From Balanoglossus misakiensis (lineage: Eukaryota; Animalia; Hemichordata), in NCBI GenBank assembly GCA_040954595.2, contig CM082579.2:5879625-5943624 (forward strand): 64,000 nt of DNA, written 5' to 3'. The notes below the pieces were generated by a model that did no database searches, had not been told where the DNA came from, and was given only the letters and a program-made list of their open reading frames with translations. Shown here one piece after another: positions 1 through 12,689 of this stretch (positions are counted from its first letter, which is position 1; every line of letters begins with the position of its first letter). The position numbers and the translations under genes are program-made.

Positions 1-65
1 AGCTACTCCAGAATCGGTGTTCTGTGTGACGTCACCGGGACAGGTCGGTACGGGGGGTTCCACAT
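1..65 (-). CDS. HYR/EGF-domain protein, exon 7 (HYR repeat 4, truncated by window edge)
   Basis: Acceptor catag|ATGTG; encodes DVEPPVPTCPGDVTQNTDSGVA. Bases 1-35 are identical to 331-365. Confidence 0.85.
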
Positions 66-152
66 CTATGGGAGGATAAACAATATCAGTAAAATTTCCC
101 ATAATTTCAAAAACTAATCAAAATTAGCATATAGTTTAATTATTTTACTTAC

Positions 153-395
153 CGTTCACAGTAATAGTAAATGTACAGTCTGCAGTGTTCAAACTTCCAT
201 CTTGAAATGTGTAGGTGACGTTAGTCGACCCGATGACGAAATTATCCCCCGGAGAATGAGTTGCAGACGATGTTGGTGCAATGCCTGAATTATCAGCTGC
301 TGTAGCAACAGCCCACGTGACACTTGCAGTAGCTACTCCAGAATCGGTGTTCTGTGTGACGTCACTGGGGCAGGTTGGTACGGGAGGATCCACAT
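153..395 (-). CDS. HYR/EGF-domain protein, exon 6 (HYR repeat 3)
   Basis: 243 nt, phase 1-1, cacag|..|gtaagt. Encodes DVDPPVPTCP...ADNSG...HSPGDNFVIGSTNVTYTFQDGSLNTADCTFTITV. Confidence 0.92.
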
Positions 396-918
396 CTGTG
401 GATGGAAGATGAAAAGCAAGTCCATTATATGTACATGTATATGTTACGTATGCGCGTCCGACTCATTGAAGACATTTGTTTCCTACTCTTAGAGCTGGAG
501 TTATGATTTTAATGGGGTTATTGTTGCGACCAAATTGTGTAAGGTCGGCAGGTTATACAAGTACAAGTACAAGTAACAATGGGGGAATATAAAACACGCC
601 TTCGTTACATTTTGACGTGCTGAATATGAGAGCATGTTTTCATCTATTTTTGGCCGAGGTGTGAAAAGGGGCTTTCAATTCTACTCTTTGTTTCCGAAGA
701 AAGAAGAGACCAATCTTGAGGAGTCTATTTTGGATTTAATTGTGAGGTTCCCCATGTGCGGTTTCGGTGACGTAACGTGCGACATATAAACGTCAAGGTT
801 AAGGCCAAAATACGTCAAGAGAAGACGAGACTGTTGAATTGGAAACGTTTGGATACGGTGCATTGCATTAGTCGATAGCGGACGGTGTATGTTGCCGCGG
901 AGTGGCCGAGTATCAACC

Positions 919-2013
919 ATGAACAGCTCTCTGGAGGGAACATATTCGACGTCACAAGCACAGTCGTACAACGACACTTTCCAAGAAGAACGATCCGAGC
1001 TGGAAAGAGCTGTCGAAATATCCGTCTTGGTGGCCATCATGGTTTCAGCAGACGTCGGCAACGCGCTGGTGGTCATATCGTTGCTGGGTTACCGGCAACT
1101 TCGTCATCGGACCTCCAATCATTTCATCGTCAACTTGGCATTTACAGACCTGTTCAGCAGCGTGCTGGTGATGCCGTTCAGTTTGGCGTCGCTGGCGATC
1201 GGCGACTGGGTTTTCGGCTCGGCCTGGTGCGGCGTCCAGTGCGCATTGAACTACTGCTTCATCACGGTGTCCATGCTGACCATGGCCTTGATCAGTATCG
1301 ACCGATACATCGCCGTCTTGCATCCTCTCCGCTACCCCAGCCTGATGACGACTCGCGTGAGCACGGTGGCCATCGCTTTTGTCTGGACGCAGGGGGCGAT
1401 CATCGGGGCCATCCCTGTGCTTGCCTCCTGGGTAGTCTACGACCACTCCGAGTTCGTGTGCGCCGTGGACTGGTTCACGGGCACACCTGGACCCATGACG
1501 TACACCGCGTGCGCCTTCGTGCTCTGTTTCTGCGTGCCGTGCCTCGCCATCGCCTTCGCCTACTTTCGGATCTGTCGGGTGGCGCTCGGGAAGAGACCGC
1601 CTCACAACTTAAAGCGAAGCTACGAAGTCCGCGTCATCGTCAGCATCCTCGTGGTGACGGTGGTCTTCTTCCTCTGCATGACGCCATTTTGCGTCGTCAA
1701 GGTGATCAAGATATCGCAGGGCAGTCCCGAACTGCCGCTGGCCGTCAACAGCCTGTCGTCTCTCTCGTACTTCCTCGCCAGCGCGACGAATCCCTACATC
1801 TACGTGCTACTGCGGAAGGACTTCCGACACGCTTTCAAGCGAGTGGTGTGTGTAGTCAGAAAACGGCGAAAGGTGGACAGCGCCAATCAAGGCACAGCAA
1901 CAGGTGGAAACCCTAACGACAATCGAACTTCAGAGGACACATGCCAGTGTTCGCTCTGTGTCAATTCCGCGGATACTTTGCACATGGGGGAAACTGTTAA
2001 CACTAGTGATTAA
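919..2013 (+). CDS. Intronless class A (rhodopsin-like) GPCR, orphan, nested antisense in an intron of the HYR gene
   Basis: Seven hydrophobic segments with GNxxV, NLAxxD, the TM3 Cys, DRY, the ECL2 Cys, FxxCMTPF and NPxIY. N-glycosylation sequons in the N-terminus. Kozak aaccATG at 919; an in-frame upstream ATG exists at 889. Confidence 0.93.
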   Translation: MNSSLEGTYSTSQAQSYNDTFQEERSELERAVEISVLVAIMVSADVGNALVVISLLGYRQLRHRTSNHFIVNLAFTDLFSSVLVMPFSLASLAIGDWVFGSAWCGVQCALNYCFITVSMLTMALISIDRYIAVLHPLRYPSLMTTRVSTVAIAFVWTQGAIIGAIPVLASWVVYDHSEFVCAVDWFTGTPGPMTYTACAFVLCFCVPCLAIAFAYFRICRVALGKRPPHNLKRSYEVRVIVSILVVTVVFFLCMTPFCVVKVIKISQGSPELPLAVNSLSSLSYFLASATNPYIYVLLRKDFRHAFKRVVCVVRKRRKVDSANQGTATGGNPNDNRTSEDTCQCSLCVNSADTLHMGETVNTSD

Positions 2014-2463
2014 CTGACGCATACATGTACAGAAAACTGATAGTCAAAAACTCACATGGCTTGAGGATGTCGAAGGATTCAAAATCATAACCACCAAAAA
2101 ATAATGATGGCTGCCACCAAACCAACAGATCCTCAGGAAACCCAGGTGAACCGGATTATCCCAGGTGATCCTGAAGACTCCCCAAGTTATCGAAGAAAAA
2201 CAGGAATTCATTGCACTATATATCACCACCGGCACAAACTATAAATACAATTAATTTCAACCATACTGTATCACAGAAAATCATCAGACACTGGACATAT
2301 GTGTTTAGCAAAAATACCGGGGCAGGTGATCTGCATATTGTACATGTACCGGTACATAGTGAATAAAGAAAATTACCTTCCCACGCCTGGCTGTTGTGAC
2401 AAGTACGTGTATTTTTATAACGCAAAAGCGGCAGCATATTGTAATTTCGTGATTCATAATTAC

Positions 2464-2709
2464 CTGTTACTATCACAGTAAACATGCAAAATTCCTGATT
2501 TCCACTGGAGTCATTGAACGTGTAGGTGACCGGTGTATCGCCAATCGTGAATGCGTCTCCCGGTGAATGGTCGCCGGCAACGGTGACCGGATCGCCTGAA
2601 TTGTCAGCAGCGCTCGGTTCAATCCAGGTCACCGTGGCGTACGGTTGCCCCGGGTCAGTGGCCTGTGATGTGTTACCTGGGCAACCGCTGACGACAGGAG
2701 CCTCTGTGT
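2464..2709 (-). CDS. HYR/EGF-domain protein, exon 5 (HYR repeat 2)
   Basis: 246 nt, phase 1-1, tacag|..|gtaatt. Encodes DTEAPVVSGCP...VTWIEPSAADNSG...HSPGDAFTIGDTPVTYTFNDSSGNQEFCMFTVIV. Confidence 0.92.
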
Positions 2710-3025
2710 CTGTATAAAACGAGAAAGAAAGAAAGAAAGGTAGAGAAATGAAAACAATGTCGCATATTGGCACGTTTGATGAAATCGGTATTGTTGGTTG
2801 GAAAGCAACTTTAAAATGGCTGACACCTGTTGGCCCAGTGTTGAGGTTGTCTTGACACAGAAACGAAACACCGAAGCACAGTTTTGTAGCATCCGAATGG
2901 TCCTGAAACTTTTGGATATTTTTTACTGTATTCTATTGTTTTTGGTATCAGTTGCAGGCCCTTATTGAACCACTTCGGTCAAGCGACGGATCTTTCATCA
3001 ACCAAACGATGCATCTTTTTCTCAC

Positions 3026-3271
3026 CAGAAACAGTGACCGTGAAGTTACAGTCCACCGTCAATCCTTCGGGGTCCGTGAAGGCGTAGGTGACGACAGTGC
3101 CACCGATGCCGAAAGCGTCGCCGGGATCGTGGGTGCTAGACTCGGTCACATAACCCGAGTTGTCAGTGGCGTTCGGCGGGGCGTACGTCACCGTGGCGTA
3201 GGACTGACTCGCGTCTGTTACCGTGGCAACTGGACTTGGACATCCGGGACTGAGCACTGGAAATTCGATAT
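3026..3271 (-). CDS. HYR/EGF-domain protein, exon 4 (HYR repeat 1)
   Basis: 246 nt, phase 1-1, ttgtag|..|gtgaga. Encodes DIEFPVLSPGCP...ATDNSG...HDPGDAFGIGGTVVTYAFTDPEGLTVDCNFTVTV, the HYR consensus. Confidence 0.92.
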
Positions 3272-3492
3272 CTACAAATGTGATAGAAAGTAACGCGTTT
3301 CTCTTGTTACTATGGTTAAGCTGTATTCGCATTGTACAGTGAGTGTTTGGTCAGGAAATTCTTGTCCATGTGAGAGCACTTTTAACGTAACGAGAGAGGG
3401 ATTCTGATTTGATCATCGCTTTAAATTAGAGTCTTAACGGCAATTTTGAAATTCGACAAAAGGAAATTGAGAAATGATGACGTTTGTTTTAC

Positions 3493-3612
3493 CTACGCAC
3501 TCTCCCGCCACTTCTGTGTAACCGCTGCTGCAATTGGACGAACAGGTGAAGTTGCCCGGTGTGTTGGTGCATACGATTGGACAGCTGGACGGAGAGAGAC
3601 ACTCGTTCACAT
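3493..3612 (-). CDS. HYR/EGF-domain protein, exon 3 (calcium-binding EGF-like domain)
   Basis: 120 nt, phase 1-1, cttag|..|gtaaaa. Encodes DVNECLSPSSCPIVCTNTPGNFTCSSNCSSGYTEVAGECV, matching the cbEGF consensus. Confidence 0.9.
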
Positions 3613-3791
3613 CTAAGAAAAAGGCATCAAAAGTTAAGTCATTTTTCCCCAAAACAACACGAATAACTCCGGGAACCCACAAGAAGTAAAATACATCGTT
3701 AAACAATATCACTAGTGTGGAACTGGAATGATCAAGTTCATTTTGTGAATGTCGATCAAACTACAACATGTCAAAATTCAAGAACCGTTAC

Positions 3792-3874
3792 CTAGGTTAC
3801 ATTCATCCTCACTCAGGGTCTGGTTCCAACCGGCGCAGCATTCGTAGTTCCCACCGTTGTCGCACACGTTCGTT
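3792..3874 (-). CDS. HYR/EGF-domain protein, exon 2 (short EMI-like / SCARF-type CCxGW module)
   Basis: Acceptor cctgcag|A and donor G|gtaacg; 83 nt, phase 2 to 1. Encodes (G)TNVCDNGGNYECCAGWNQTLSEDECNL. Confidence 0.8.
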
Positions 3875-4044
3875 CTGCAGGTGTGAAATGGTAAAGTCAG
3901 AAAAGATCTACCCCAATATTTGACCGAGAAAATGCCCGAGTCTGCTCTAGAGGAAAACGTGACGACGAAAAAAATGTGACCCAAACAACTAAACGCGATT
4001 TCGATTTATCAAACTAAGTTACAATTATTAAAGATCATACCTAC

Positions 4045-4127
4045 CCATTAGGGTTCAAAGCTGAGAAAACTTGACAGAAAAACAGACAAGAACAAATAAA
4101 CACAATCTTGTAGATCGGTATGATCAT
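4045..4127 (-). CDS. HYR/EGF-domain protein, coding exon 1 (signal peptide)
   Basis: ATG at 4127 gives MIIPIYKIVFICSCLFFCQVFSALNPN+GG, a hydrophobic signal peptide. Donor GG|gtaggt; phase 2 matches the next exon. Confidence 0.8.
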
Positions 4128-7100
4128 TTCACGCTCCGTATAGAGTGAAAAACAAACTGATGTCTTTCGGTACAGACGTATGCGATTAGCCTTCCCAGGA
4201 GGTTCAGCTCGGAGCCGATTCGGCAAGTCAAGGGTGAACGTCTTCAAATTAAGGTACAACTTCGATTATTTGTCTAACTCTATCCACCAAATTCAAATCC
4301 ACAGGAATTCACCAGTAGGGTTGGTGAGAACCTCGGTCGGTAATCCAGGTGACAAGCGACGGCGAGCTCGTCTGAGTCTATCCGTTGACAGGTGGGATGT
4401 TTCAGCAGAGAACGCGTGTGGACAACGAATCGCACGTCACAGGTAGTCAATTAAGATATGATTTTCCACAGACAGTAAATTAAGCAAAACAGCTTCCCCG
4501 CACTATATCCGTCGTTCGTATAACGATTGGTAACGCTGAATTGTGTAAAACGGTAAACTTTTTTCACATTTCGGTGTCGCTAGACGCGGGCTTTCGAAAT
4601 AACCAGTCAGATCATGGCCACGTCCAGAAATAGTTCCCATTTCGTTTTGTTTTTATTACTACGACACCTAACAACGTTGCCGTGGACGGGTTTTCAATGT
4701 TTGCATCAAAAATAATATTGCACTGTTTGTCTTGCCGCTCGCACCTGTAAAGTTTTGCCCAATTACTCTCGCTGACCATTCGAAATTTCACAACAGGTTC
4801 CCGCCGTTGAATGCGCATTGGTTCACATCGAGTCCCGGTTGCCGTGCCAACCGCTAATAGGGACATTCAAATACGAGAAGCAGTTCCCCTGGGCAGTCTT
4901 GATGTCGGTCAACAACTGAACGTAAAGACGTCAGCATTCTCTGCGGCGAATTCCCACGTTGCCGAGGGTGGGGTTACAAAAGCGCTTTTGAGCGTGCTTG
5001 TTGATTTTTGACAAAAAGAGAGAGAAGGAATACTGTAACACACGTTGGCGCTGTTTGCTGATGGTATGTAATTGTTTTTATCTAGAGGATAGACGTGCAA
5101 ATACACCACGTGTTGTGTTGTATCCCTTGTAGGTGCTTCATTGCCAACAAGGACCTTATCGATTTTAACCGGGGGGGGGGGGGGGCGTTGTAGCATAAAG
5201 AGGTGGGTCATTTTTTTCAGATCATTGGAGGTCAAGGGCCCCGATAGGCCTACTGCGCAGTAAGATAAGTCAAGTTGACCATGAGGCACACGGCCGTCAG
5301 TTTGTCGACATTACGGGTCAAACGAAAGTAATTGGAGCAAAAATCCAGTTTACAGTTCACCGTGTTTAGACCATCGACGTTGGTGCGTATCATCCTCGGT
5401 GGGCAGATATAGACCGTGGGGACGGTTTGAGGGTTGAAAAGCTGGAAGAACAAACCATGGATGATGAAAACACGGAGCTCTGTAGCAACGGAAATTTAGT
5501 TTAACAAATCATAAAATATTTTACCCGAGAGCCAACTGTAATTGATCTTGCTATGCGCAAAATACATGTACTGTACTACAAAATGAAGTTCTCGGTATTT
5601 TTCATCGTTTACTAGTATTTTGCCGTGCCACATAAAACTGAAATGATGTCTTCTGTGACCTTCGAGGAAAATATTGAAAATCGTCCAAAAATCAGTGAAA
5701 CAAAATACAACTTAACCAGATTGTCTAATTGTCGTTTCTCGCGCGTCTGTCAACACCACCGACCCCTCGCATGCTATCGAGTTTTCCTGGCCGCAGCAGT
5801 TGTCTAACCGACAGAAAGCTTATCTGAGCGTTGGCCTGTCGAAGATGGTTTGTTTGTTCGTAAGTAACGTGAAGACAGTCGACCGGAGGTAAAACAAATG
5901 AGTCGCGGTGTTGGCGCGGAAACTTCTGGTCTGTCAGCATAACATTCGCCACAGTACAAGAGCAGACATTACACATCGTACGAAAAGAAGCGGAAACAAA
6001 ACCATCTCCATTACATGAATCAACGTCGTGGAAACGTCACAAACTTTATTGGAAATTTTGATGCATTATCACTATAATCAGTAAAAAAACATCGTCTGGC
6101 ATTGATGTGTCCGACACGACTCTAACTGTGTCGCGTCGAACTGAAAAAACAACATGTATTTACAGAAGCAGCTAAAAACCATTTTCATGGGATTTTTTCA
6201 CTAATACTACAAATAATGACACATCATAGAAATTAATCTTACTATATTGCAAATATATCGTCAATCATAATCCGTCTGAACGAATCGTCCGCGAATGATG
6301 AACCCACTGATCACCAAACCTCGTAAAATAATAAAATCTGATAAAAATACATAAAACTTTGCATTGTGTCTGTCAATGCTGGTGAAGGCTATTGGAACGA
6401 CCCAAATTGTGGTTCTAAAAGAGTCTCCGATAGCTTTAAGATACATCAGGTTGATTTTTTTTAAAATCAAGGTTAAGCTGTTCGAGTTCTTTGGTGTAAA
6501 ATAAATATGTCGACAACCAAACAAAATACAATTATTTTTTATATTCAAGAGCATTTACATATAGTGTGTGGGAATAACTATTGCGAATGTTATAATTCTG
6601 TAACACGTGGTACGATACACCTTTTGTCCGTCGCAATCATCTCGCATCTATGGTACACGTGCATCGGTCGTAGAGGTCGCCCTCTCTTTAGCCCGACTCC
6701 GAATTGCATCTTGCGGGTCAAGGGCCACAGTGTGTATAAATGAAGATTCTAGAGCATTGGAGGGGACAGGTGCTGTTCAGTTTTAAGTTTTGTCAACAGA
6801 GCGATAATCCAGATCAGCGATTCGCTGACCCAGACTCGTTGGGTTTATTCCTTGCGAAGTAAAGAACACCAAGGACACAGAGAAATCAAACTTGTGGGGT
6901 AGAAGTTGTTGTGGATTTCGGGGAGGGACTCTATGGGGAATCGATATCACGATACATACGGCTTCTATTATTTCAGAAGAGCCAACAGACGACAGTCCCG
7001 GGCAGAATACAAACCGTTCAGCGCCAAAACATGATAAAAAAGTCGTGTGAGTGAGATCACTCTCTCTATGATTATAGCCCCGTTTTCCGCTGGGGGAGTT

Positions 7101-9030
7101 CCTTTTACAGCGTAGCCTGACAGAGAATCTAGGGCGCTAGTCTAATTTTCACAATGTCTGACTTGTCCTGAATATTTCAAGTTAAAGATGTATTCATTGC
7201 TTCTGTAGAAATCTCTTGGTGGCAGTTTTGTATCATAACCCCGCCCGTAGGCAACTCTCACGTTAGGGTTTTGTAGGTTAAAACAAACAATCAACAACCA
7301 ACAAGGAAAATATCCAATATGTACATGTGGTTTTAATGTCGGTTTCTCTGTAATAGGACGGTATAGTGTTTCTAACATGCATGTTAAGTGTATGATTCGA
7401 AGTACAGTTATATGTTTCGAATTTTTTTTTTCAAAAGTCTAACCTCTAAATATATATGTTTTATCTCTGTATATATTTATGTAATAAAAACATTGCACCT
7501 CAGATTTGCAATAATGAAAATATTCTCGCCGTTCTCAGTCATGTGAGGGTTTTCATCGATTTGGAAACTAAAAGAAAGATTTTAAAGCAGAATAATTATC
7601 TGATTAAAGTCAGGGATTGTTACTGTCAGTGTTGAGGCGCTAATTCATTAAGTGCACACCCATAACGTATGTTAACATATAGCGCTTGGATTTATATAAA
7701 GTGACTATCATTTTCCGAAATTAAAAAAAAATTGCTCTGCCATCATGCCGTTTTGCGAAATATAAACATGTTAATTAATATCTCTCAAATGAGAGAGACT
7801 GTTTAGGTAACGCTGGTTTTGGAATGTTAAATAATTTGTCAATATTCAGATACCGTAACCCAACTTATGATTAGTTGGACTGTGCGCGTGCGCAAAACGT
7901 TAAAAGGTCAATCGGGTATCGCCCACCACCGTTCCATGGTTGTACGACTCCGAATGACCAGGTGGTGGCGCGCTTTTTCCGCGTGTGGCACCCACTAAAA
8001 GTCAGTTATTGACTATATTTGAATGGTCAATGCCATAGTGGTTAAATTTGCATTTGTGACCGTATACCTTCAAGATCATTAAAACAGCCTGCAATAGACG
8101 ATTTTCCGCTCATGACGAGATCTCGCGAGACTTGGTTAAGCAATAGCTAAGTACATGTAATACAAGCAAGTTTTGTAGGAAACTTGTAAATAGTGTGAAT
8201 TACTGTTTGGTTGTATTTGAAATTTGGCAGCCAACCACTATGAAATCAGTATTGCGGATTATACCAGGCACGCATTATACTAAAATGAAAACACACTGAA
8301 AATGTACGGAAGAATTTGATGATAAGTTTCGTTGCTATGGCTATAATTGATGATACAGCACACCCGAGTCAAAATACTCGAACGCTATTTGCAACATTAC
8401 TATATGTAGTGGGCTAAAACAAATTGTTGTGTAAATGTATTCAGGAGTGCTAATAACTGATCACACTATTGTAAAACGGTTTCCTCTAAATATATGCAGA
8501 CTTGGGTGCACGAGCAAGTATCGCCATTGCAGTACGAATTGCGACCGCCCTCAAAAGCGACCTTGGCAACAAAATTGAGATATCGTCACAGCCTCCTGTC
8601 TTAAACGACAGATTTGTTTGGCTCTCTCATTTGTTAACCCTTCACCGCCAAGATGCGGGGGTGGACGTATTGGCGTGGGTAAGCGCGGTCGTACAAAACT
8701 TGAGGCCTTTGCAGCAGTGACGTCGTCCAGTCGATGCTGGCCCAGACGGTTCGACAGACCAATGCGTGGCGACAGTCGACAGTAACACTTGTGGCAGCTG
8801 CATAGTTCGATGTTGGTTGGGAACACATTATTTGGACGTCAACAGTTACTCACTTAGTATTGCTGCGCTGCCACCAACACCATGTAAATCCTCAGTACCC
8901 AAAGTCCAAATGTCATCCATGACGTGAGTTCGTGAGTTCTGCATACACTGACTTCCGGAACGTCATTGGCCACGTGACCTACACCGCACGTCAGCCACAG
9001 TTGCGGCGCGGTACTTTGCAACGTTCTCGA

Positions 9031-9369
9031 TCAGGATTTGGACTGACAGGCTTCAGTTTCAAAAGTAGAATCTGGGCATTTCAAGAAAAAAAGTGTCCTC
9101 GTCATCTTCTTGTCTTTTTGTTTTGTACCTGTTACCTTTCCATTTTTGGAAATCGCCAAAAAATATCGTGTGGATGCTGATTCTCTGTTATCCCTATTAT
9201 CGACATCCTCTATCTCCTTCTCCTCATTCTTCTTCTTCCTCTTCTTTTTCTTTTTTTGTCGGCGGGATATATGTCTTGAATACGTTTTCCAATCTGTATC
9301 TGACATATATTCTTCCTTAAAGAGGCAGTCGTTGTCTTTTTCGATGCAGTCCTTAAGTGATAGCTGACA
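9031..9369 (-). CDS. Divergent FGF ligand (FGF-A), exon 3
   Basis: Acceptor tttcatag|TGT (alternative in-frame acceptor at 9363). Encodes DCLFKEE..WKTY...RYFLAISKNGKVTG...TLFFL, including the invariant FGF CxFxE. Stop at 9031. Confidence 0.82.
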   Translation of the reverse strand, partial: CQLSLKDCIEKDNDCLFKEEYMSDTDWKTYSRHISRRQKKKKKRKKKNEEKEIEDVDNRDNRESASTRYFLAISKNGKVTGTKQKDKKMTRTLFFLKCPDSTFETEACQSKS

Positions 9370-10373
9370 CTATGAAAGTAAAGGAAAAAAATTTGTGATC
9401 ACAAGTCTTTCATATGACGTGAACGTCGACTGGATAATTCCATCAAATTAGCTATGACTCCCCCCCCCCCCAGTCGCAGGTTTGTGATTCTTAGCACACT
9501 TCTGCGAATAATTTGAGTGTGCACCCATGGACGGCATCGTGTAACAATCCAATCATTCTGTGAAAATGCAAAGTACTTCAAACGAGCGAGTGAAACATCA
9601 CATTGCAAGTCCATTTATTGGATTATATTCGGATTCGCTATTTTCATGTTGATCGACTTGTCTTCCGGTCGGCCCTAAAATAACAATACAACCTTTGCAC
9701 TTTCCGTACATCAGTTCACTTGTAACATGGCAAAAATTAAAAATATTCACAAAGACTTCTGAGGTTGTGTTACCGTACGATCAGATAAATTATTGCTGAA
9801 CAAACGTTTATCTCGTTTATTTATTGGTTTAATTTTAGATCGGAAAATTTCAGATCATTTCATTGAAACTAAAGCTTCATAAAGATATCTAACGACGTGC
9901 AGGTTAGTCGATATTTCACCAGAATCTTCCCTTCCATTTAGGCGGGTAGGGGGTATATCTTAATAAAGCTATTGGCGGCAAGTAAATACCAGAAAACCGA
10001 TGCGGGTTGGTGGTATGTCGAGGAGATATGCGGCGTCGCGCTGTTCAAAGTTCAAACCACGGTGTCGGGGTTTGTGCCACGCATTTGATACACACTGTGA
10101 TAACTAAAGATTTCTGCAATGGCGAGTTGAAAAGTTCAGTGTCGGTCAAGATTCGCACTCCTGGTGACTTTAAAGGCCGACGATCGTCTTATGCGCATGG
10201 GCGTAATTCCGTGTGTCGTACGAACATTACGCCTCCAATATTAGAAAACGACGTTATGTAGCTCCCTAGACCCTACGTGTCCATTTTCAGATTTCGAATT
10301 TTCAGATTTCAGACTAAAATCGCCTGACTGGAACATAAATGGACTGGAAATGGAAAATAGCTGTATTACTTAC

Positions 10374-10483
10374 ATGCACTTTCTTCCTTTTCATCGATAA
10401 GTAGCACCCACTATTATGCCCTTTCATAGTAACACATTCCATACTTGCATGTGGGTCCGGGCAGGTTGAAATTTCAATTAGAG
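10374..10483 (-). CDS. Divergent FGF ligand (FGF-A), exon 2 (absent from the supplied ORF track)
   Basis: tttcag|CT...CAT|gtaagt, 110 nt, phase 1 to 0. Encodes (A)LIEISTCPDPHASMECVTMKGHNSGCYLSMKRKKVH, which aligns with the FGF 'LEI..V.IKG..SG.YL.M' pattern. Confidence 0.85.
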
Positions 10484-12689
10484 CTGAAATATGCAGGATT
10501 AAAACAAAATTACAAATCTAGTATGAGAACAAAACGATGACGGTGACAATAATCACGATGAAGACAGTGTTATGATGGTGGAAGTGAATACAAAATGTAT
10601 GACACGTTTGGTTTGATTGTTTGACTACACGTGGAAAATGGCAAATATAGAATAGGGCAATATTGATGCTGAGTTTAACGCGCGTACATATTTATAAGTC
10701 GTGTGTGCATAAGGGGGTGAGTGGGGTCTCAAGTTTAAAAGGGGAAATATTTCAGCTATGCATCAAAAATCATGGGCCGCGCCGTGGCGCATAACTTGTC
10801 TAATTTTAATGAATATGCTAAATAAATCATAATGCTTTATTGTATTTTGTAATCGGTTACACACGTACGCGTGCTTGATGAGTTTCACAAAGTGTGCGTC
10901 TGTGACCTAAACAGAGAGAATAAAATAAACATGTTCTCAGCGGAGACTATGTGGGTTTTTCTCTATTTAGGGTCGGGTTGTAATGGGGTGTCACCGTCGT
11001 TAAACGGGGTACTCCAGAAACCATTGTGGAAAGTGCAATTGTTATCTACGCCGGGTGATTTCAATACAGTGACACTTTTCTGTTTTCTTACATTTTGACA
11101 AAATCGTTATTGTTCCCCCCCCCCCCCCGACTTTCTCTGGATCTGGACTTGAAGTTGCCGCGTGCCAGGCGTAATGGAGTGGACGAGAGAACAAACAACA
11201 AAGCTATCATTCTCGCTCGCATTCCTATTCCAATGTAAATTTGCCGGGTCCTTGAATTCGGCGAAACGGGTGCTCTAATATTTACATAGAACAACGGAGT
11301 GTCTGTCGTCCAATACTTCTGTGGCAACATTCCTGTACTACTAGTAGCAGTAGTACATGCAGCCAGCAACAGAATGAATCGTTCCCGGGGAGACGTCATT
11401 ACCAACCAAGCGGAGTGGTAGTGACCACGACAACCTACTTTATTCTTCTGTTTCAGTTTCGCAACATACAGAGCAGAGAGGTGGATATTTGACCTTGTAT
11501 CGATACAGTCAACACAAGGGTTAACATTAAATGCATTTGTTGCGGCGATAAGCGCCTGTGATTGTTTGCGTTGATAATCACATTACGGCAATTTGCGACC
11601 CCCGGCCCCTTCGCCAACTGAAGCCAGGACTGACACAATCGCCGTGTGTCACAACTCCCAAGCGACTGTGGATTGTAAGGCCTAACTATAAACCTTTAGT
11701 CCGACAAATCGGTCTGGACCAAAAATCTATTTAGTAGGGCAAGGGTGTTTCTAGACCACCTGGTCTTCTGGACACTGGTGATGTAATTATCACGCCATCT
11801 AAAATAGTTCAGCGTTGTTTGGGTAATGGAATAATGCCCCTCCCGGCTCTTCAAATCTGGTTTACTTTATTGCTACGCTCCGTCACGTGAACGCTACTGG
11901 CATGACTGTCGGGTTGATACCAACGACTGGTCGATACCTATCCCATCCGCCGTGTTATGTTATTCCGCCTCCTTGTGGTTCAAACGCCCCTGTCTTTCCT
12001 GAATTTTGAGGGTAACATTTTTGACGCGTCTTTCGATTGATGTTATCTTAATATTCCAATTAAACCGTCTTAAAACCGCTTCAAGTAGCCGTATCAAAAC
12101 AAACAGTCGGACTGAGCGGTGGTCACAGAAGAATTAACGTTACCAACAGGTGTTGATAAATTCGGAAGCATGTTAGTTTAGTCCATACGTCCTCTGCTGT
12201 TTTTATAACGGTGACCAATGTCACCGACATGCTAAACGACAACGCTTTATATCGTCATAACTGTGGCCCTCGGGTCCCGGATGTGATCGGACTAGATTCA
12301 AACAATGGGCAACAGGTATATACGTAGATTGAGCTGTGCGTTCAAACATGTTGGAACAAGCACAATAATCAGTCGCAGGTTTCAGTTACGACAGACTCCA
12401 GATTTAGATATCATGGAAGGAACTCGGGTTGTTTTTGGGGTCTAAGACTTTTAGAATGATAATACGTGCCTTGTATTATTAATATTAATTAATTGGTGCT
12501 GAGACCAACTCGTCGAGGGAAAACTTTGACATTGAAACGACTGCGCTTCAAGACAATACACACCAACAATACTGATTGTTAAACAACTAAAGCGTGTGCT
12601 TGAATTTTGTACTTTGAGATGTGATAAAAAAGAACAATGACTCATAAGGAAGTGCCGATAAAGAAGTGTTTTCGTTATATTCAACATAC

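Noticed and set aside
885-1916. 343-aa alternative-frame ORF and 186-aa antisense ORF (1045-1605) overlapping the GPCR
   Set aside because: Arg/Gly/His-rich with no recognisable domain; expected shadow ORFs of a coding region rich in third-position G/C.
919-2013. GPCR as an opsin
   Set aside because: The position equivalent to the retinal-binding Lys296 (6 residues before the N of NPxxY) is Phe.
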